A DNA stretch of 64,000 bases from a virus (IMGVR_UViG_3300002026_001699:1-64000); one strand, 5' to 3'. Positions 38,166 to 48,241 are shown, counted from the first letter of the stretch. Notes: a model not told the origin generated them from the sequence alone. Numbers and translations are program-made.

Positions 38166-38961
38166 CTAATTTAAAATCTTTATTAAAGATATTACCTAAA
38201 TATCCTGATTTAGCTGCAAGACAACATGAATACATATCACCATTATATAAAACATATGGAGTTTTTGCTGTATTACATTTTTTATATTTTCTGATTTTTA
38301 AATCTTGGTTTAAATATCTTGAATAATATTGAGAATCCTCTGACGTAGGATATAATTCATCAATTAATTTTTGTTTTAATTCTAAATCATCAATTTCATT
38401 GATACCAAAATCGAGACCAGAAATCCAATAATATTTTTCTAATGCAATACTTTTATACATAAAATCATCTATTTCATTTTCATTGTATTTTGATATAATC
38501 ATCTTTAAATGATAATTGATTTTATATTCATCAAGTTTTTGAATATTATAAATAACATTATCAATTTTTCTTCCAGTTAATTTTAAATAAGTTTCAGGGT
38601 TAAATGAATGAAGGGAGATGTATATTTCACTTATTGTATCTTTAATAAGTTTAAAATCTAAATTAGGCATGTTAAGATTAGTTGTGAGGGTAGTTGTTAT
38701 TTTTCTTTTTTTTATTTCTGACAGAATGTCATTAATTCTAGGATGAATAAGAGTTTCACCTCTTCCAACAATCCTCAAGAATGTTGGTTGGTAAATATCT
38801 AATATTTTGATAAAGTTATCAAATTCAATATGTTGTTTTGGGTGCAGATCAAATCTTTGTCCAAAACACATTTTACAATCATTATTACATATTGAAGATA
38901 TTTCTATTTGTAATGGTTTTCCATCATTATAAAAATAAAGAGAATTTATCTTGTTTTTCAT
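38098..38961 (-). CDS. radical SAM protein with SPASM/twitch domain
   Basis: CNNDCKMC, GRGETLIHP, TTNL, C...YNGDMYSCC...CKIC. Confidence 0.9.
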   Translation of the reverse strand: MKNKINSLYFYNDGKPLQIEISSICNNDCKMCFGQRFDLHPKQHIEFDNFIKILDIYQPTFLRIVGRGETLIHPRINDILSEIKKRKITTTLTTNLNMPNLDFKLIKDTISEIYISLHSFNPETYLKLTGRKIDNVIYNIQKLDEYKINYHLKMIISKYNENEIDDFMYKSIALEKYYWISGLDFGINEIDDLELKQKLIDELYPTSEDSQYYSRYLNQDLKIRKYKKCNTAKTPYVLYNGDMYSCCLAAKSGYLGNIFNKDFKLDENIMFKMQNRGGDECKICPLN

Positions 38962-38978
38962 TTTTTACACCTTGTATA

Positions 38979-39476
38979 CTATTTTAGTAATATATTATAT
39001 AGAGCTTTAAGATTCTTTGGTTTATTAGATATAAGTTTTGGTCCAGATGCTTTTGAAGCTAGAGGAATCATCTTTTTTATCAAGTTTATTTCACTTGCAT
39101 CATCATTTTTATCTAAATATGCATTTGAATATGCTTCCAATGCATCAGCAAGACTTGGAAATAAATTTGCTCCAACATCTTCTGTTCCAGTTATAATCCA
39201 TGGACCTGAGCCAGCTATATAACCGCTAGAATCATTATCAATTTCATCATCATCATCTACACCAGCTAATGTATTTTCATATTTATTCCAATCTCTTCTG
39301 TATGTAGGCCAATATAATAGTGTTTGTTCAGGCTCGCCGTCGCCAAAATCTCCAAGTTCACAAATAGTATTAGCTTCCCAAGCATCTCTCCAATCATCTT
39401 CAAAATCTTCACTTAACCTTCTTCTGGCCCCATTTGATTCTTCACTTAATTGCTTTAAAAAACTATTCAAATCCAT
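38979..39476 (-). CDS. hypothetical protein, probable virion-internal protein
   Basis: MDLNSFLKQLSEE leader; acidic. Confidence 0.6.
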   Translation of the reverse strand: MDLNSFLKQLSEESNGARRRLSEDFEDDWRDAWEANTICELGDFGDGEPEQTLLYWPTYRRDWNKYENTLAGVDDDDEIDNDSSGYIAGSGPWIITGTEDVGANLFPSLADALEAYSNAYLDKNDDASEINLIKKMIPLASKASGPKLISNKPKNLKALYNILLK

Positions 39477-39481
39477 AATTA

Positions 39482-40022
39482 ATTCTCCTTTATATTTGAT
39501 ATAATAATTATCTTTAATATTTATTTTTAATAATTAAGTAGACGTATTACCTTGCAAATTTAACACCAGAATTGGGATCTTTTATCATCTTTGTTAATTT
39601 TTGAATTATATTAAATGGATCAATATTCATAAAATAACCATAATCATAATTATCATACTTTGTTTTTCCATCTAGAGATTTAACAAAACTATCAAACACC
39701 TTAGTAACTTTAGGTGCATTGTCTCCAGTACCCCAGTTAGTGTGAAATACTTTTTGTGGTGAATTATTCACATCATATACAATAAGATCATGATCCCCTC
39801 TATTTAATTTAATCCAACATTTTGCACTAGAATTATTTACATTTTTATTAAAAGCATCATTTTCAGTTTGAGAAATACTTGCTTCGTTTAACTTTTTTAT
39901 AAATTCATTTATTTGCATTATGATTCTCCTTTATATTTGATATAATGATTATCTTTATTATTTATTTTTAATAATGAATGTTTTTAATAATTGTTTTTAA
40001 TAATTAAGTAGACGTATTACCT
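39482..40022. repeat. direct repeats flanking the 39547-39918 gene
   Basis: 39482-39552 is similar to 39923-40022; exact 29-nt tttttaataattaagtagacgtattacct at 39524-39552 and 39994-40022. Confidence 0.9.
39547..39918 (-). CDS. hypothetical protein, probable virion-internal protein
   Basis: MQINEFIKKLNEA leader. Confidence 0.6.
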   Translation of the reverse strand: MQINEFIKKLNEASISQTENDAFNKNVNNSSAKCWIKLNRGDHDLIVYDVNNSPQKVFHTNWGTGDNAPKVTKVFDSFVKSLDGKTKYDNYDYGYFMNIDPFNIIQKLTKMIKDPNSGVKFAR

Positions 40023-41116
40023 AATAAGGCTTCCTTGATTTGCATATTTCCATAATTTATATTAAATTGTGCATAAACATTAGATTCACCATTTCTGTTT
40101 TTTGCAGCATATAAATTAATTTGTCCTGAATCCTTTTCAGATCTTGTTTGAGTAATAGTAAAAAGAGCATCAATGATACGATTCTTTTCCATGGAGTCTG
40201 CTGTATTATTCATACCAATAATTTCTTTAGTGGCTCCATCTGCTCCTAGAGAATCTCTATTAGATTGTGTTGCTGTAATAACAATTACATTTTTCTTTAC
40301 AGCAAGACCTCTTAACTCTCTAAAAATCCATCCTTGCTCTTCATAAAGATTTGCTGATTTATGGGCTGAACGCATAATATCACCATAGTCAATAATAATC
40401 ATATCAGGAATAAAATCCTCATGTAATTTAAGATTCTCTAAATGAGATTCTATATCCATAACACTTGCCATACCAGTTGGAAACTCTTTCATTTTCAATC
40501 TTGTTTTTGTTATTTTCTGAATTGTATCATACTTCTTTTTAATCTCATCAGGGTGCATACTCAACTCTTTCATTATTAACCCCGTTGATATAGCATCATA
40601 ACGCATACCAAGTCTTTCTTCTGACATTTCAAGAGTATAATGAACAACATTCATTCCATTTAACAATGCCTTTATTCCAAAATTTGGAAGGAAGATACTA
40701 TTATGTCCATGAAATTTATCTGCATAATAACTGCTTGTTTCAGCAACTTGAAAATCATACATATATGATTCTTTTCCATTATACTCACAAGTTTTTATTT
40801 TATCCCACCCATTCTCAGTAAAAATAAAATCACTGTTTATTAATTTATCAACAAACTGCCATTTTCTATCTTTATCAAATAATGGTCCTTCTTTTGTTTC
40901 AAATTTGTGTTTATCAGCTACAATAGTTTTTAATCCACTAGTTGTTTCAATTTCCCATTCTGGGTTTAACTGTGTTTTTCTTATGGCTTCAACTTTTTTA
41001 TAGCCTAGTGGAGTATTAACTTTTAATGTCTCTGGTGCTATATTTTCTTGTCCTGGATTATTACACCCCAGTGCCTCTATTAATTCACCAATTTTTACTC
41101 TAGCTTTTATTTTCAA
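40004..41116 (-). CDS. gp41: replicative helicase C-terminal piece with a long split-intein C-fragment (139 aa)
   Basis: IntC (41116-40700) has ADKH block B, MYDFQV and HGHN|S; extein has YTLEMSE, IIIDY, TATQSNR, KNRNG; TTG start with GGGAG RBS. Confidence 0.9.
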   Translation of the reverse strand: MKIKARVKIGELIEALGCNNPGQENIAPETLKVNTPLGYKKVEAIRKTQLNPEWEIETTSGLKTIVADKHKFETKEGPLFDKDRKWQFVDKLINSDFIFTENGWDKIKTCEYNGKESYMYDFQVAETSSYYADKFHGHNSIFLPNFGIKALLNGMNVVHYTLEMSEERLGMRYDAISTGLIMKELSMHPDEIKKKYDTIQKITKTRLKMKEFPTGMASVMDIESHLENLKLHEDFIPDMIIIDYGDIMRSAHKSANLYEEQGWIFRELRGLAVKKNVIVITATQSNRDSLGADGATKEIIGMNNTADSMEKNRIIDALFTITQTRSEKDSGQINLYAAKNRNGESNVYAQFNINYGNMQIKEALLGNTST

Positions 41117-41924
41117 CTGTTCTCTCCCATGGAAAATATGTTATTTTTATCAAATCTTTATATTTTTGTTGTTGTTCTAATATCCAATTTTTTGACATAT
41201 CTGGAATTATAAAGCCTAAATCTTTAATATAATTTTCATCAACTAAAATAAAATCATATTCTAATTCAATAGCTTTTATTTTAAATGAATGTTTACCGTC
41301 TTTATATCCTTTACACTCAATAACAGTCTTATTATTAATAATAAAATCAGGGTAATAATGGTGTTTATTATTCCGATATTCATATTCAATAGGATCTAAA
41401 TCAAATCTTTTTATTGAAATATTATTTTCATAGCAATAAATTAAATATGTGAGTTCATAACTCCCTTGCCATAAAATATTATTAAATAAACCAGAAGGGT
41501 ATATATATCCTTCTTTTTTCCTATTTTTAACTATTTTTTCTTTTGTCTCAATACTATGATGTTTGCCATAAAATGGATTGTTTTCTTTCATTCTTGAAAT
41601 AGAATAGTGTTTTCTCTTTTTGTTTGCCTCTTCATTGCCATAAATTTCTTCAAATGTCTTGCCCTTCATTTTTTTAGATGATGCTGCTTGGCCACCTGTA
41701 ATCCAATTACTTAATTTTTCTTTTGATATCTCTCCACTTTTCCACTTTGTTTTCATTGTTTCAGAAATTTTTTGTTTATTTTTTTCTGAAAGATGTTGAC
41801 CAGTTTTAGATTTATTATTAAAAGCCATTGCACATTTATGACAACAAAATTTCTTGTGAAATCTTACTTCACTTTCAAATTCTTTTTGACAATTCTTACA
41901 AATTAAAATTTCCATTTTTGACAT
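41100..41924 (-). mobile_element. free-standing homing endonuclease (NUMOD3 + PD-(D/E)XK)
   Basis: HLSEKNKQKISE, NPFYGKHHSIETK, QGSYE, YYPDFIINNKTVIECKG; lies between the helicase halves. Confidence 0.82.
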
Positions 41925-41927
41925 CTA

Positions 41928-42632
41928 TTATTCCTTTAGAAACAAATGTTTGATTTTTTCATATTCAGGATCATTATCATCTATTTCTATATCTATATAT
42001 GTATTAAAATGTCCGCATTTGCCAAAACCAGGCGGAGACATTACACAATACAACTCTCGCTTTGCCCATCCACCACCAAGGATTTTATCAATTTGACCAT
42101 AACCAGATGATACTTTATTTTCAATACTTTCTGCAATTTTTAAATAACGTTCATCAACATCATAAAGATCAAAACCAATATTTATATCAAGATTAAAAAT
42201 AAGAGCATCTTTAACAACAGAAATAATAGAATCAAAATCATCTTTTTCAATAAGATTTACAGATTCATTTATTGCTTCAACCATTCTAGCACGTTTTGCA
42301 AACTTTACAACCTCTTCTGTTACATAATCTTTTTCTGCAATATCAATATCTATCTGTTCTTTTGGAATAAAAATCTGATCAAAGAATGGAGCGGTTTTTT
42401 TATTATCTACGCCAACACCACCTAGAATACTTTCTACTACATTTCTATTAGGAAGTTTATTGTGCTTTTTAAAAAATTGTTCATAAATAGTAAATGTTTT
42501 ACCAAGTATTTGTGATTCAAAATAATCTTTTTTAAGATGCTCAATCATCATTACAGCAAATGATCTGTCTAAATGCATCATTTTAAAAATATCTATTTCA
42601 AGATCACCTAGTTCTAGTTTTTCATTATTCAA
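41928..42632 (-). CDS. gp41: replicative helicase N-terminal piece with a short split-intein N-fragment (29 aa)
   Basis: SGYGQIDKILGGG, Walker A SPPGFGK|CGHFNTYIDI... (IntN 42017-41931). Confidence 0.88.
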   Translation of the reverse strand: MNNEKLELGDLEIDIFKMMHLDRSFAVMMIEHLKKDYFESQILGKTFTIYEQFFKKHNKLPNRNVVESILGGVGVDNKKTAPFFDQIFIPKEQIDIDIAEKDYVTEEVVKFAKRARMVEAINESVNLIEKDDFDSIISVVKDALIFNLDINIGFDLYDVDERYLKIAESIENKVSSGYGQIDKILGGGWAKRELYCVMSPPGFGKCGHFNTYIDIEIDDNDPEYEKIKHLFLKE

Positions 42633-42896
42633 TTATTCATCCCTCCAATTTTTTATTTCATAAAGCATATCATTGTCATTTGAATATAATCTAAGACTAA
42701 ATCCATTTTCTTCAAAAGATTCAGTCAAGTTAGGTATAACTTTTGATAATTCATATAAACAATCTTTTATACACATAATTCTTTCATATTTTTTTTTATT
42801 TAAAATACGACTTGATATATATTCTCTAATATATTCTTCAATTTCTTTATCATCAAGGAGATGTTTTGCTAATTTTTCTATTTCCGGTATACTCAT
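42633..42896 (-). CDS. hypothetical protein
   Basis: 87-aa ORF between primase and helicase. Confidence 0.55.
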   Translation of the reverse strand: MSIPEIEKLAKHLLDDKEIEEYIREYISSRILNKKKYERIMCIKDCLYELSKVIPNLTESFEENGFSLRLYSNDNDMLYEIKNWRDE

Positions 42897-43974
42897 ATTT
42901 TATCAAATCCTCTTCAATAACAGAAAGATTTAAATCATTAATATCTTTTTTGCCATTAACTAATTTTGTCTTATATCTGTTATACCATTCATAAATACCA
43001 ATTTTAATATTTTCATCTTGTATGTGGAATTTTACTTTTTCAATATTCTTTTTTAATGTTTTAAAAATAGCTTCTCTAGTTTCTTGCTTTGTATCATAAT
43101 CAGGAATGAATATAATTTCAGTTGGATTCTTTTTTAAGATTTTCAAAACCTGAGGATCCGATAATTTATTTCCCATAACACAAGTTGTTGAATAATTAGA
43201 AAGAGTCATTGCATCAAACGGCCCTTCTGTAATAAATATTCTATCATTCTCTTTCAATTGATCATAAAAATAAACAGTTTGTATTCTTGGAATGGGAGGG
43301 TTTCTATATCTAAACTCAGAATCTCTATCAGTATTTCTTGCTTGAAAATATACTAATTTACCATCTTCATAAGTTGGTATAATAAGGAAACCATAATAAG
43401 GATTTCTACCTGAAGAATGATCACACGTTGGGCAAGCGTCTCCATCTATTTGACCAGCACCACGACATGTCCAACAATCATACTCATCAATATATTTTAA
43501 ATTATATTTTTTAATATGATCTAAATTAAGATTCTTTGACCATAAAAATCTTATAGCTCTCCTTCCAAGTTTGTTTCTTAGAACCTTTTCTTCAACAAGG
43601 CTTTTCATGTTTGGCATATTTTTTATTTCTGGTAAATCTATTGGGAGTATTTGTTTTGGTTTATTATCTGTAAAAGTAAGTTTCATTCCAGATTTTTTTT
43701 GCTTCATAAAAATACGAAGTAAAATACCTTGAGCTTCTGTTTCACTTCTTATTGTTTGATCATATTCTTTAATAAAACCAGGAATAGTCCATCCTTGACC
43801 TAGTTTAAAATCAAATACTCTATTCTCTTCTGGATTAAAACCAAGTTTATGTTGATTATCTCCAGTAAATACTGAGTTGATGTTTATCCATGGATCGTAT
43901 CTTTCATCTATGTCTTCTGTAATGTATTTTGTTATATACTCTAACACTACTTCTTTTGGAAATTTTATAGGCAT
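42853..43974 (-). CDS. gp61: DNA primase, T4 gp61-like, with a DnaJ-type Zn-finger insert
   Basis: LIIPTYEDGKLVYFQAR, TOPRIM FITEGPFDAM, IPDYD, KDIND; insert CWTCRGAG...CPTC. Confidence 0.88.
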   Translation of the reverse strand: MPIKFPKEVVLEYITKYITEDIDERYDPWININSVFTGDNQHKLGFNPEENRVFDFKLGQGWTIPGFIKEYDQTIRSETEAQGILLRIFMKQKKSGMKLTFTDNKPKQILPIDLPEIKNMPNMKSLVEEKVLRNKLGRRAIRFLWSKNLNLDHIKKYNLKYIDEYDCWTCRGAGQIDGDACPTCDHSSGRNPYYGFLIIPTYEDGKLVYFQARNTDRDSEFRYRNPPIPRIQTVYFYDQLKENDRIFITEGPFDAMTLSNYSTTCVMGNKLSDPQVLKILKKNPTEIIFIPDYDTKQETREAIFKTLKKNIEKVKFHIQDENIKIGIYEWYNRYKTKLVNGKKDINDLNLSVIEEDLIKYEYTGNRKISKTSP

Positions 43975-44042
43975 TTTTAATTATTCCTTATACATCTATA
44001 TATGCATAATATTGTACTAATTTGTACAGTTTTAGAGATAAT

Positions 44043-44072
44043 AAAAACTCAAGCTTCAATGCTTGAGTTTTT
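44043..44072 (-). terminator. Rho-independent terminator
   Basis: aaaaactcaagc-ttcaat-gcttgagttttt, downstream of the tubulin-like gene. Confidence 0.8.
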
Positions 44073-44076
44073 TAAA

Positions 44077-45117
44077 TTAAACGTCTAAAACTCTGTCTTC
44101 TTTATTTTCTAGTTTTTTACTTGTTTTGACTGCCATTTTTTCATTGTATTTTGTTGCTGAAAGAGTAGCTTTGTCTTTAAGTTTAGCAAAAACCTTATCA
44201 ACAGAAATGCCAGAAGCAATAGTTATATATTGTGGAAGATTCTTATCTTCAACTCTTAAAACACCAAAAATAGTACGAGCACTTTTAATACTATTATTAA
44301 TCTTCATAGTAACTTGCATAAGTTTATCACTTTCAATCTGTGTTGTTTCTTTATTATGTTTTACATTAATAAGCTTTGTAATAAGAACATTTGCCGATTC
44401 ATTAAACTTTCCATAAGAAAATTTTGGTATTTTTGGTTTTCCAGTTTCTTGAAAATCCTCTTCAAGATTATCATAAGAAACGTTAATAAATCCTCCTGAA
44501 AAGGCAACAGAAGAATGGTCTTCTTCATCAATTGCAAATGGTGTAAATGAGTTATTATCATGCAAGTATGGAAGATCTGTTATATGTCTAACCTTTTCTA
44601 CAATTCTATTATTAATTTTTTCAAATGTCATTGTTCCAATTTCTTTACCAACATCATCATTAGCTGCTACATAAACACTCATATTATTTGAGAATTCAGC
44701 AACACGTGAAAGAAGACGAGTTGCATTAGATGTTGCAGGAATAGATTCTGCTAGGAATGGTGTTGCTACAACAAGAAGAATCCTATTATTCTGTTTCATA
44801 AGAATATTTAAGAATGTTATAACAGAAGATGATCCTGATCCTCCTCCACCAGATACAAAGTATACAACATCTTGATCTTCAACTGTTGCAAGATATTTTT
44901 CAAGAATTTCTCTGTTTTCAGCCCAAATTTTCAATCCCTTAGAATAAGACTGACCTGCTCCACCATTTACAATAAGATGATCATTACCAAGTTTAATTCC
45001 GCCTGAATCTCTGTGATCAGTATTAAATGTTAAAAGTACATCATTTTTCTGTGCGTAAAGTGAAGCTAGTCTTGTTCCAACCTGACCAACTCCAATTACT
45101 GTTTTATATTTTGCCAT
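44077..45117 (-). CDS. tubulin/FtsZ-family GTPase (TubZ/PhuZ-like)
   Basis: IGVGQVG T1 loop, GGAGQ T3 loop, VSGGGGSGSS tubulin signature, and IDEED in the T7-loop position. Confidence 0.85.
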   Translation of the reverse strand: MAKYKTVIGVGQVGTRLASLYAQKNDVLLTFNTDHRDSGGIKLGNDHLIVNGGAGQSYSKGLKIWAENREILEKYLATVEDQDVVYFVSGGGGSGSSSVITFLNILMKQNNRILLVVATPFLAESIPATSNATRLLSRVAEFSNNMSVYVAANDDVGKEIGTMTFEKINNRIVEKVRHITDLPYLHDNNSFTPFAIDEEDHSSVAFSGGFINVSYDNLEEDFQETGKPKIPKFSYGKFNESANVLITKLINVKHNKETTQIESDKLMQVTMKINNSIKSARTIFGVLRVEDKNLPQYITIASGISVDKVFAKLKDKATLSATKYNEKMAVKTSKKLENKEDRVLDV

Positions 45118-45169
45118 GTGTTACAACTCCCTTATTTTTTTAGTTATATTATAAATATGCTTTATTTTA

Positions 45170-45484
45170 TCATCTAAATGCATGATATGGGTCTTCTTTT
45201 CCAGCCTCATATCCTTTTCTTTCTTCAAAATCCATGTTTGCTTTAGTTTTGGCAGATTCTTCAGGTGTCATTGTATGGCTAGATTTCTTTTTTTTTCCAC
45301 CATATCTTTTATCCCACCCCTTGTTTCTTGTTCCACCTGAAGACATTACAAATCCAACGCCTCCACTGATTTTTCTTTTCATCTTATTTCCTTTAGAATC
45401 TAAGACTTCTGGCATCTCTGTCATACTATGAAAAACCTCTATTTCTTCATTAGTTTCTTCTGAATAATAATCATAAAATGGCAT
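45170..45484 (-). CDS. FmdB-like zinc-ribbon-type protein (Cys-less)
   Basis: MPFYDYYSEETNEEIEVFHSMTE...MKRKISGGVGFVMSSGG. Confidence 0.65.
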   Translation of the reverse strand: MPFYDYYSEETNEEIEVFHSMTEMPEVLDSKGNKMKRKISGGVGFVMSSGGTRNKGWDKRYGGKKKKSSHTMTPEESAKTKANMDFEERKGYEAGKEDPYHAFR

Positions 45485-45492
45485 ATTTTCTC

Positions 45493-46920
45493 CTATTTAA
45501 TTTCTTGTAATTCTGCTTGATTTGTTTTTACAGCTTTAATATATGGTGTTAGGTCTATAACTGTTCCTAATATAGAAACACCATCATTATATTCTATTTT
45601 TTTTGCATACAGTTCTATATATTTAATTATGCCAGATTTAGATATAATTCTTAATTTACCTTTAATTTGATCTTGTTTTTGAACAACTTGATACATAGTT
45701 TTAAATTTTTCAATATCACCTTCATGCACCATTTTATTAATATCCATTTTACTAATATCCATTATACTTAAAAATTCTTCTTTTCTATACCCTGTTATTT
45801 CACTTATTTTATTATTCATATATTCTATTTTATTGTTTTTCATAATAAAAATACCTAAAACTGAATCATCAGTCAATGCAGAGAATGTTTCTTGTGATAT
45901 TCTTAAGGTGTCTTTAACTGATGCTATGTCTGAAAAATCTTGTATTATATTGATAATATTACTATCAAGTTTTTCTTCCTCATTTATAATTTTTGCTTGT
46001 ATAATTAAATCTTCTATACCATTAATATTTAAACTGAATTGGTGACTGGTATGTTTAAATCTCATCAACTCTAATGTATTTTTGTAAAATGTTTTAGAGG
46101 CATCATTTGAAAAAATATCAAATATTGTCTTTCCTTTAAGATCATCACCTCTTTTTATAAAAGATGAAAAAGAAGTATTATAATCTGTTATCTCACCTTT
46201 CATATTTTGAAGAAACATTGGTATTGGTATTGTATCAAAAATAGATCTTAATAAATTATAGTTAAACTTATAATCTTGTTTTATTTTATTAATGGCTGTT
46301 ACATCTAGTATTATACCCCTCGTTCCTATAATATCTTTAACATCATTAAATCTTGTCATAGCGTGTAATAGTATTGTTTTTTTATTACCTTTTTTTGTTA
46401 TAATATTATATTCATTAACACCTAAACTTTCTACATTACTAACTCTTTCAGAAAAGTTCTTTTTTGCTATTTCAGCATGTTCAACAGAAACGAAATCAAA
46501 AATATTTTTATCTAATATAGAATCTTTTTTATTAAGATCAAAAAGCTCATAAAGATTATCAGTAACGAATGTTATATTTCCAAACATATCTGTTTCATAT
46601 AATCCTTCAGGCAATAGATTTGCAAAATTCTCAAATCTGTTTATTGTTTTATCCTGATTTTTTAAAGTATATAAAATAACTTCGTTTTGCTTTTCTAACA
46701 TTTCTTTGTTTTTTATAAAAATATTTAAAAAAGAAACAAAACTAAAACTAAAAAATGTTGATACTATAGCTCTTGGATAAGAAAATACAGCCATAATATA
46801 TTCAAAACTTATATTAGTACATTTTAACACAGAATAATATTTAGTAACACATAATATTAAATAAAATAAAAAACAAAACACAATAAAAACTGGTGTTAAA
46901 TATAATAATCTTTTTTTCAT
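45493..46920 (-). CDS. membrane-anchored protein with three PAS domains and no output domain
   Basis: N-terminal hydrophobic helices; PAS starts FANLLPEGLYETD, IFDTIPIPMFLQN, LTDDSVLGIFIMK...EITGY. Confidence 0.85.
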   Translation of the reverse strand: MKKRLLYLTPVFIVFCFLFYLILCVTKYYSVLKCTNISFEYIMAVFSYPRAIVSTFFSFSFVSFLNIFIKNKEMLEKQNEVILYTLKNQDKTINRFENFANLLPEGLYETDMFGNITFVTDNLYELFDLNKKDSILDKNIFDFVSVEHAEIAKKNFSERVSNVESLGVNEYNIITKKGNKKTILLHAMTRFNDVKDIIGTRGIILDVTAINKIKQDYKFNYNLLRSIFDTIPIPMFLQNMKGEITDYNTSFSSFIKRGDDLKGKTIFDIFSNDASKTFYKNTLELMRFKHTSHQFSLNINGIEDLIIQAKIINEEEKLDSNIINIIQDFSDIASVKDTLRISQETFSALTDDSVLGIFIMKNNKIEYMNNKISEITGYRKEEFLSIMDISKMDINKMVHEGDIEKFKTMYQVVQKQDQIKGKLRIISKSGIIKYIELYAKKIEYNDGVSILGTVIDLTPYIKAVKTNQAELQEIK

Positions 46921-47600
46921 AATTCTAAATTATATCCTTGATCAATTTTTGTATTTGTTAATATATAGTTGATAACAGAAAACATGTTAACAATATCATC
47001 CTTGTATAAAAACATTTCATTTTCTTGACATAAAAATTTGTATCTTTTTTGATTAAAAAGAAATTTTCTAGTATATTTGTTTATATTTTTCTTTTTTATA
47101 TTATTAGGAAAAGCCCATGACATTTTAAATTCCATTATTTTATTGTCAATAATATCGGCTGCTAAAACAAAATCTTCTTTAGATTTGAATAATATAATAT
47201 CAAAAGCATTATCATCTTTCCACATAAACTTGGTAAATTCTTGTGGCTTCCAATTGTTTATTTTTGTAATATCTTCATTTAATAATATTTCATTCTCTAA
47301 AGCATCATTAAAAAGAGTTGAATAAAACTCATTTAATTGATTATAGTTAATGCCAATACCAGAATATGTTTGACAATCTCCATCAATAAATTTTTTCCAA
47401 TCTTTTCTAATTTTTAGAAATGTCTTTAATCTTGTCTTAAAATCCCACTCATCAGTATCTATAAACTTGACATAATATGCTTGTTGATCATTATTATCAT
47501 TATATGATTTATCTCTTTGAAATTCAATATAATCATGTCCACCCATACAATTGCAATTTATTTTCAATATACTTTCCCAATATGCATCAATAGTTTTCAT
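46917..47600 (-). CDS. hypothetical protein
   Basis: 227-aa ORF with GGAG RBS. Confidence 0.65.
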   Translation of the reverse strand: MKTIDAYWESILKINCNCMGGHDYIEFQRDKSYNDNNDQQAYYVKFIDTDEWDFKTRLKTFLKIRKDWKKFIDGDCQTYSGIGINYNQLNEFYSTLFNDALENEILLNEDITKINNWKPQEFTKFMWKDDNAFDIILFKSKEDFVLAADIIDNKIMEFKMSWAFPNNIKKKNINKYTRKFLFNQKRYKFLCQENEMFLYKDDIVNMFSVINYILTNTKIDQGYNLEL

Positions 47601-47622
47601 TATTTCTCCTATAATATATATG

Positions 47623-47901
47623 CTAATTTATACTTCCTTTAAATATTCTATTTAAAACTTGTCCACTTGTTCTAACAGATACTTCTTCATTTAATGAATA
47701 CTTTTTAATGGTAGTTTTATTAAATTTTTTTGTTTGAAAATCAAATACTTGAACCTGAACATGATATATATCATCAAGAAGTTCTATTCTATCTATCCTA
47801 TAAATTGTTCTAACATTATTCATGGTTGAATACATATCAAAAACATTTAGATATTTCATCGTTCTATAGTCAGGTTTCATTGTTTCTCCTAGTTTAGACA
47901 T
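47623..47901 (-). CDS. hypothetical protein
   Basis: Probable start MKPDY after a GGAG RBS. Confidence 0.6.
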   Translation of the reverse strand: MSKLGETMKPDYRTMKYLNVFDMYSTMNNVRTIYRIDRIELLDDIYHVQVQVFDFQTKKFNKTTIKKYSLNEEVSVRTSGQVLNRIFKGSIN

Positions 47902-47938
47902 AAAAAAGCCTAGATATATTATCTTTATATCTAGGCTT
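47902..47938 (-). terminator. Rho-independent terminator
   Basis: aagcctagatat...atatctaggctt stem with minus-strand T-tail. Confidence 0.75.
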
Positions 47939-47945
47939 GGTTTAA

Positions 47946-48113
47946 TTATGATAATTGTAAATTCTGTAAATTACTTTTAGAAGGGTTCTTTTCAACATAA
48001 GAATCTAGTTCGTCTTCTTGAATGGTTTTTAGTTGTTCTAACCAATTTCTCCATTCACGTCTGACACTTTTGTTTTCTCGGCGATGTTCATTTCTGATAG
48101 ACTTACTTTTCAT
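47946..48113 (-). CDS. small hypothetical protein (55 aa, not in ORF track)
   Basis: MKSKSIRNEHRRENKSVRREWRNWLEQL..., with GGGG RBS. Confidence 0.6.
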   Translation of the reverse strand: MKSKSIRNEHRRENKSVRREWRNWLEQLKTIQEDELDSYVEKNPSKSNLQNLQLS

Positions 48114-48241
48114 AAGTTTCCCCCTATCTAAGGAGACATTCTATTTGGAGATATATCTCCTTATTTTAAAAGATCTTATACACCATATAGTGTAATTTTA
48201 AAAATATTAACAAATGTTCTTACCCCTAATATTATCCTCCT

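Noticed and set aside
44077-45117. Nucleus-forming (chimallin) phage
   Set aside because: A tubulin alone is not sufficient; no shell protein or multisubunit RNA polymerase is recognised here, and the gp55-like sigma implies use of host RNA polymerase.
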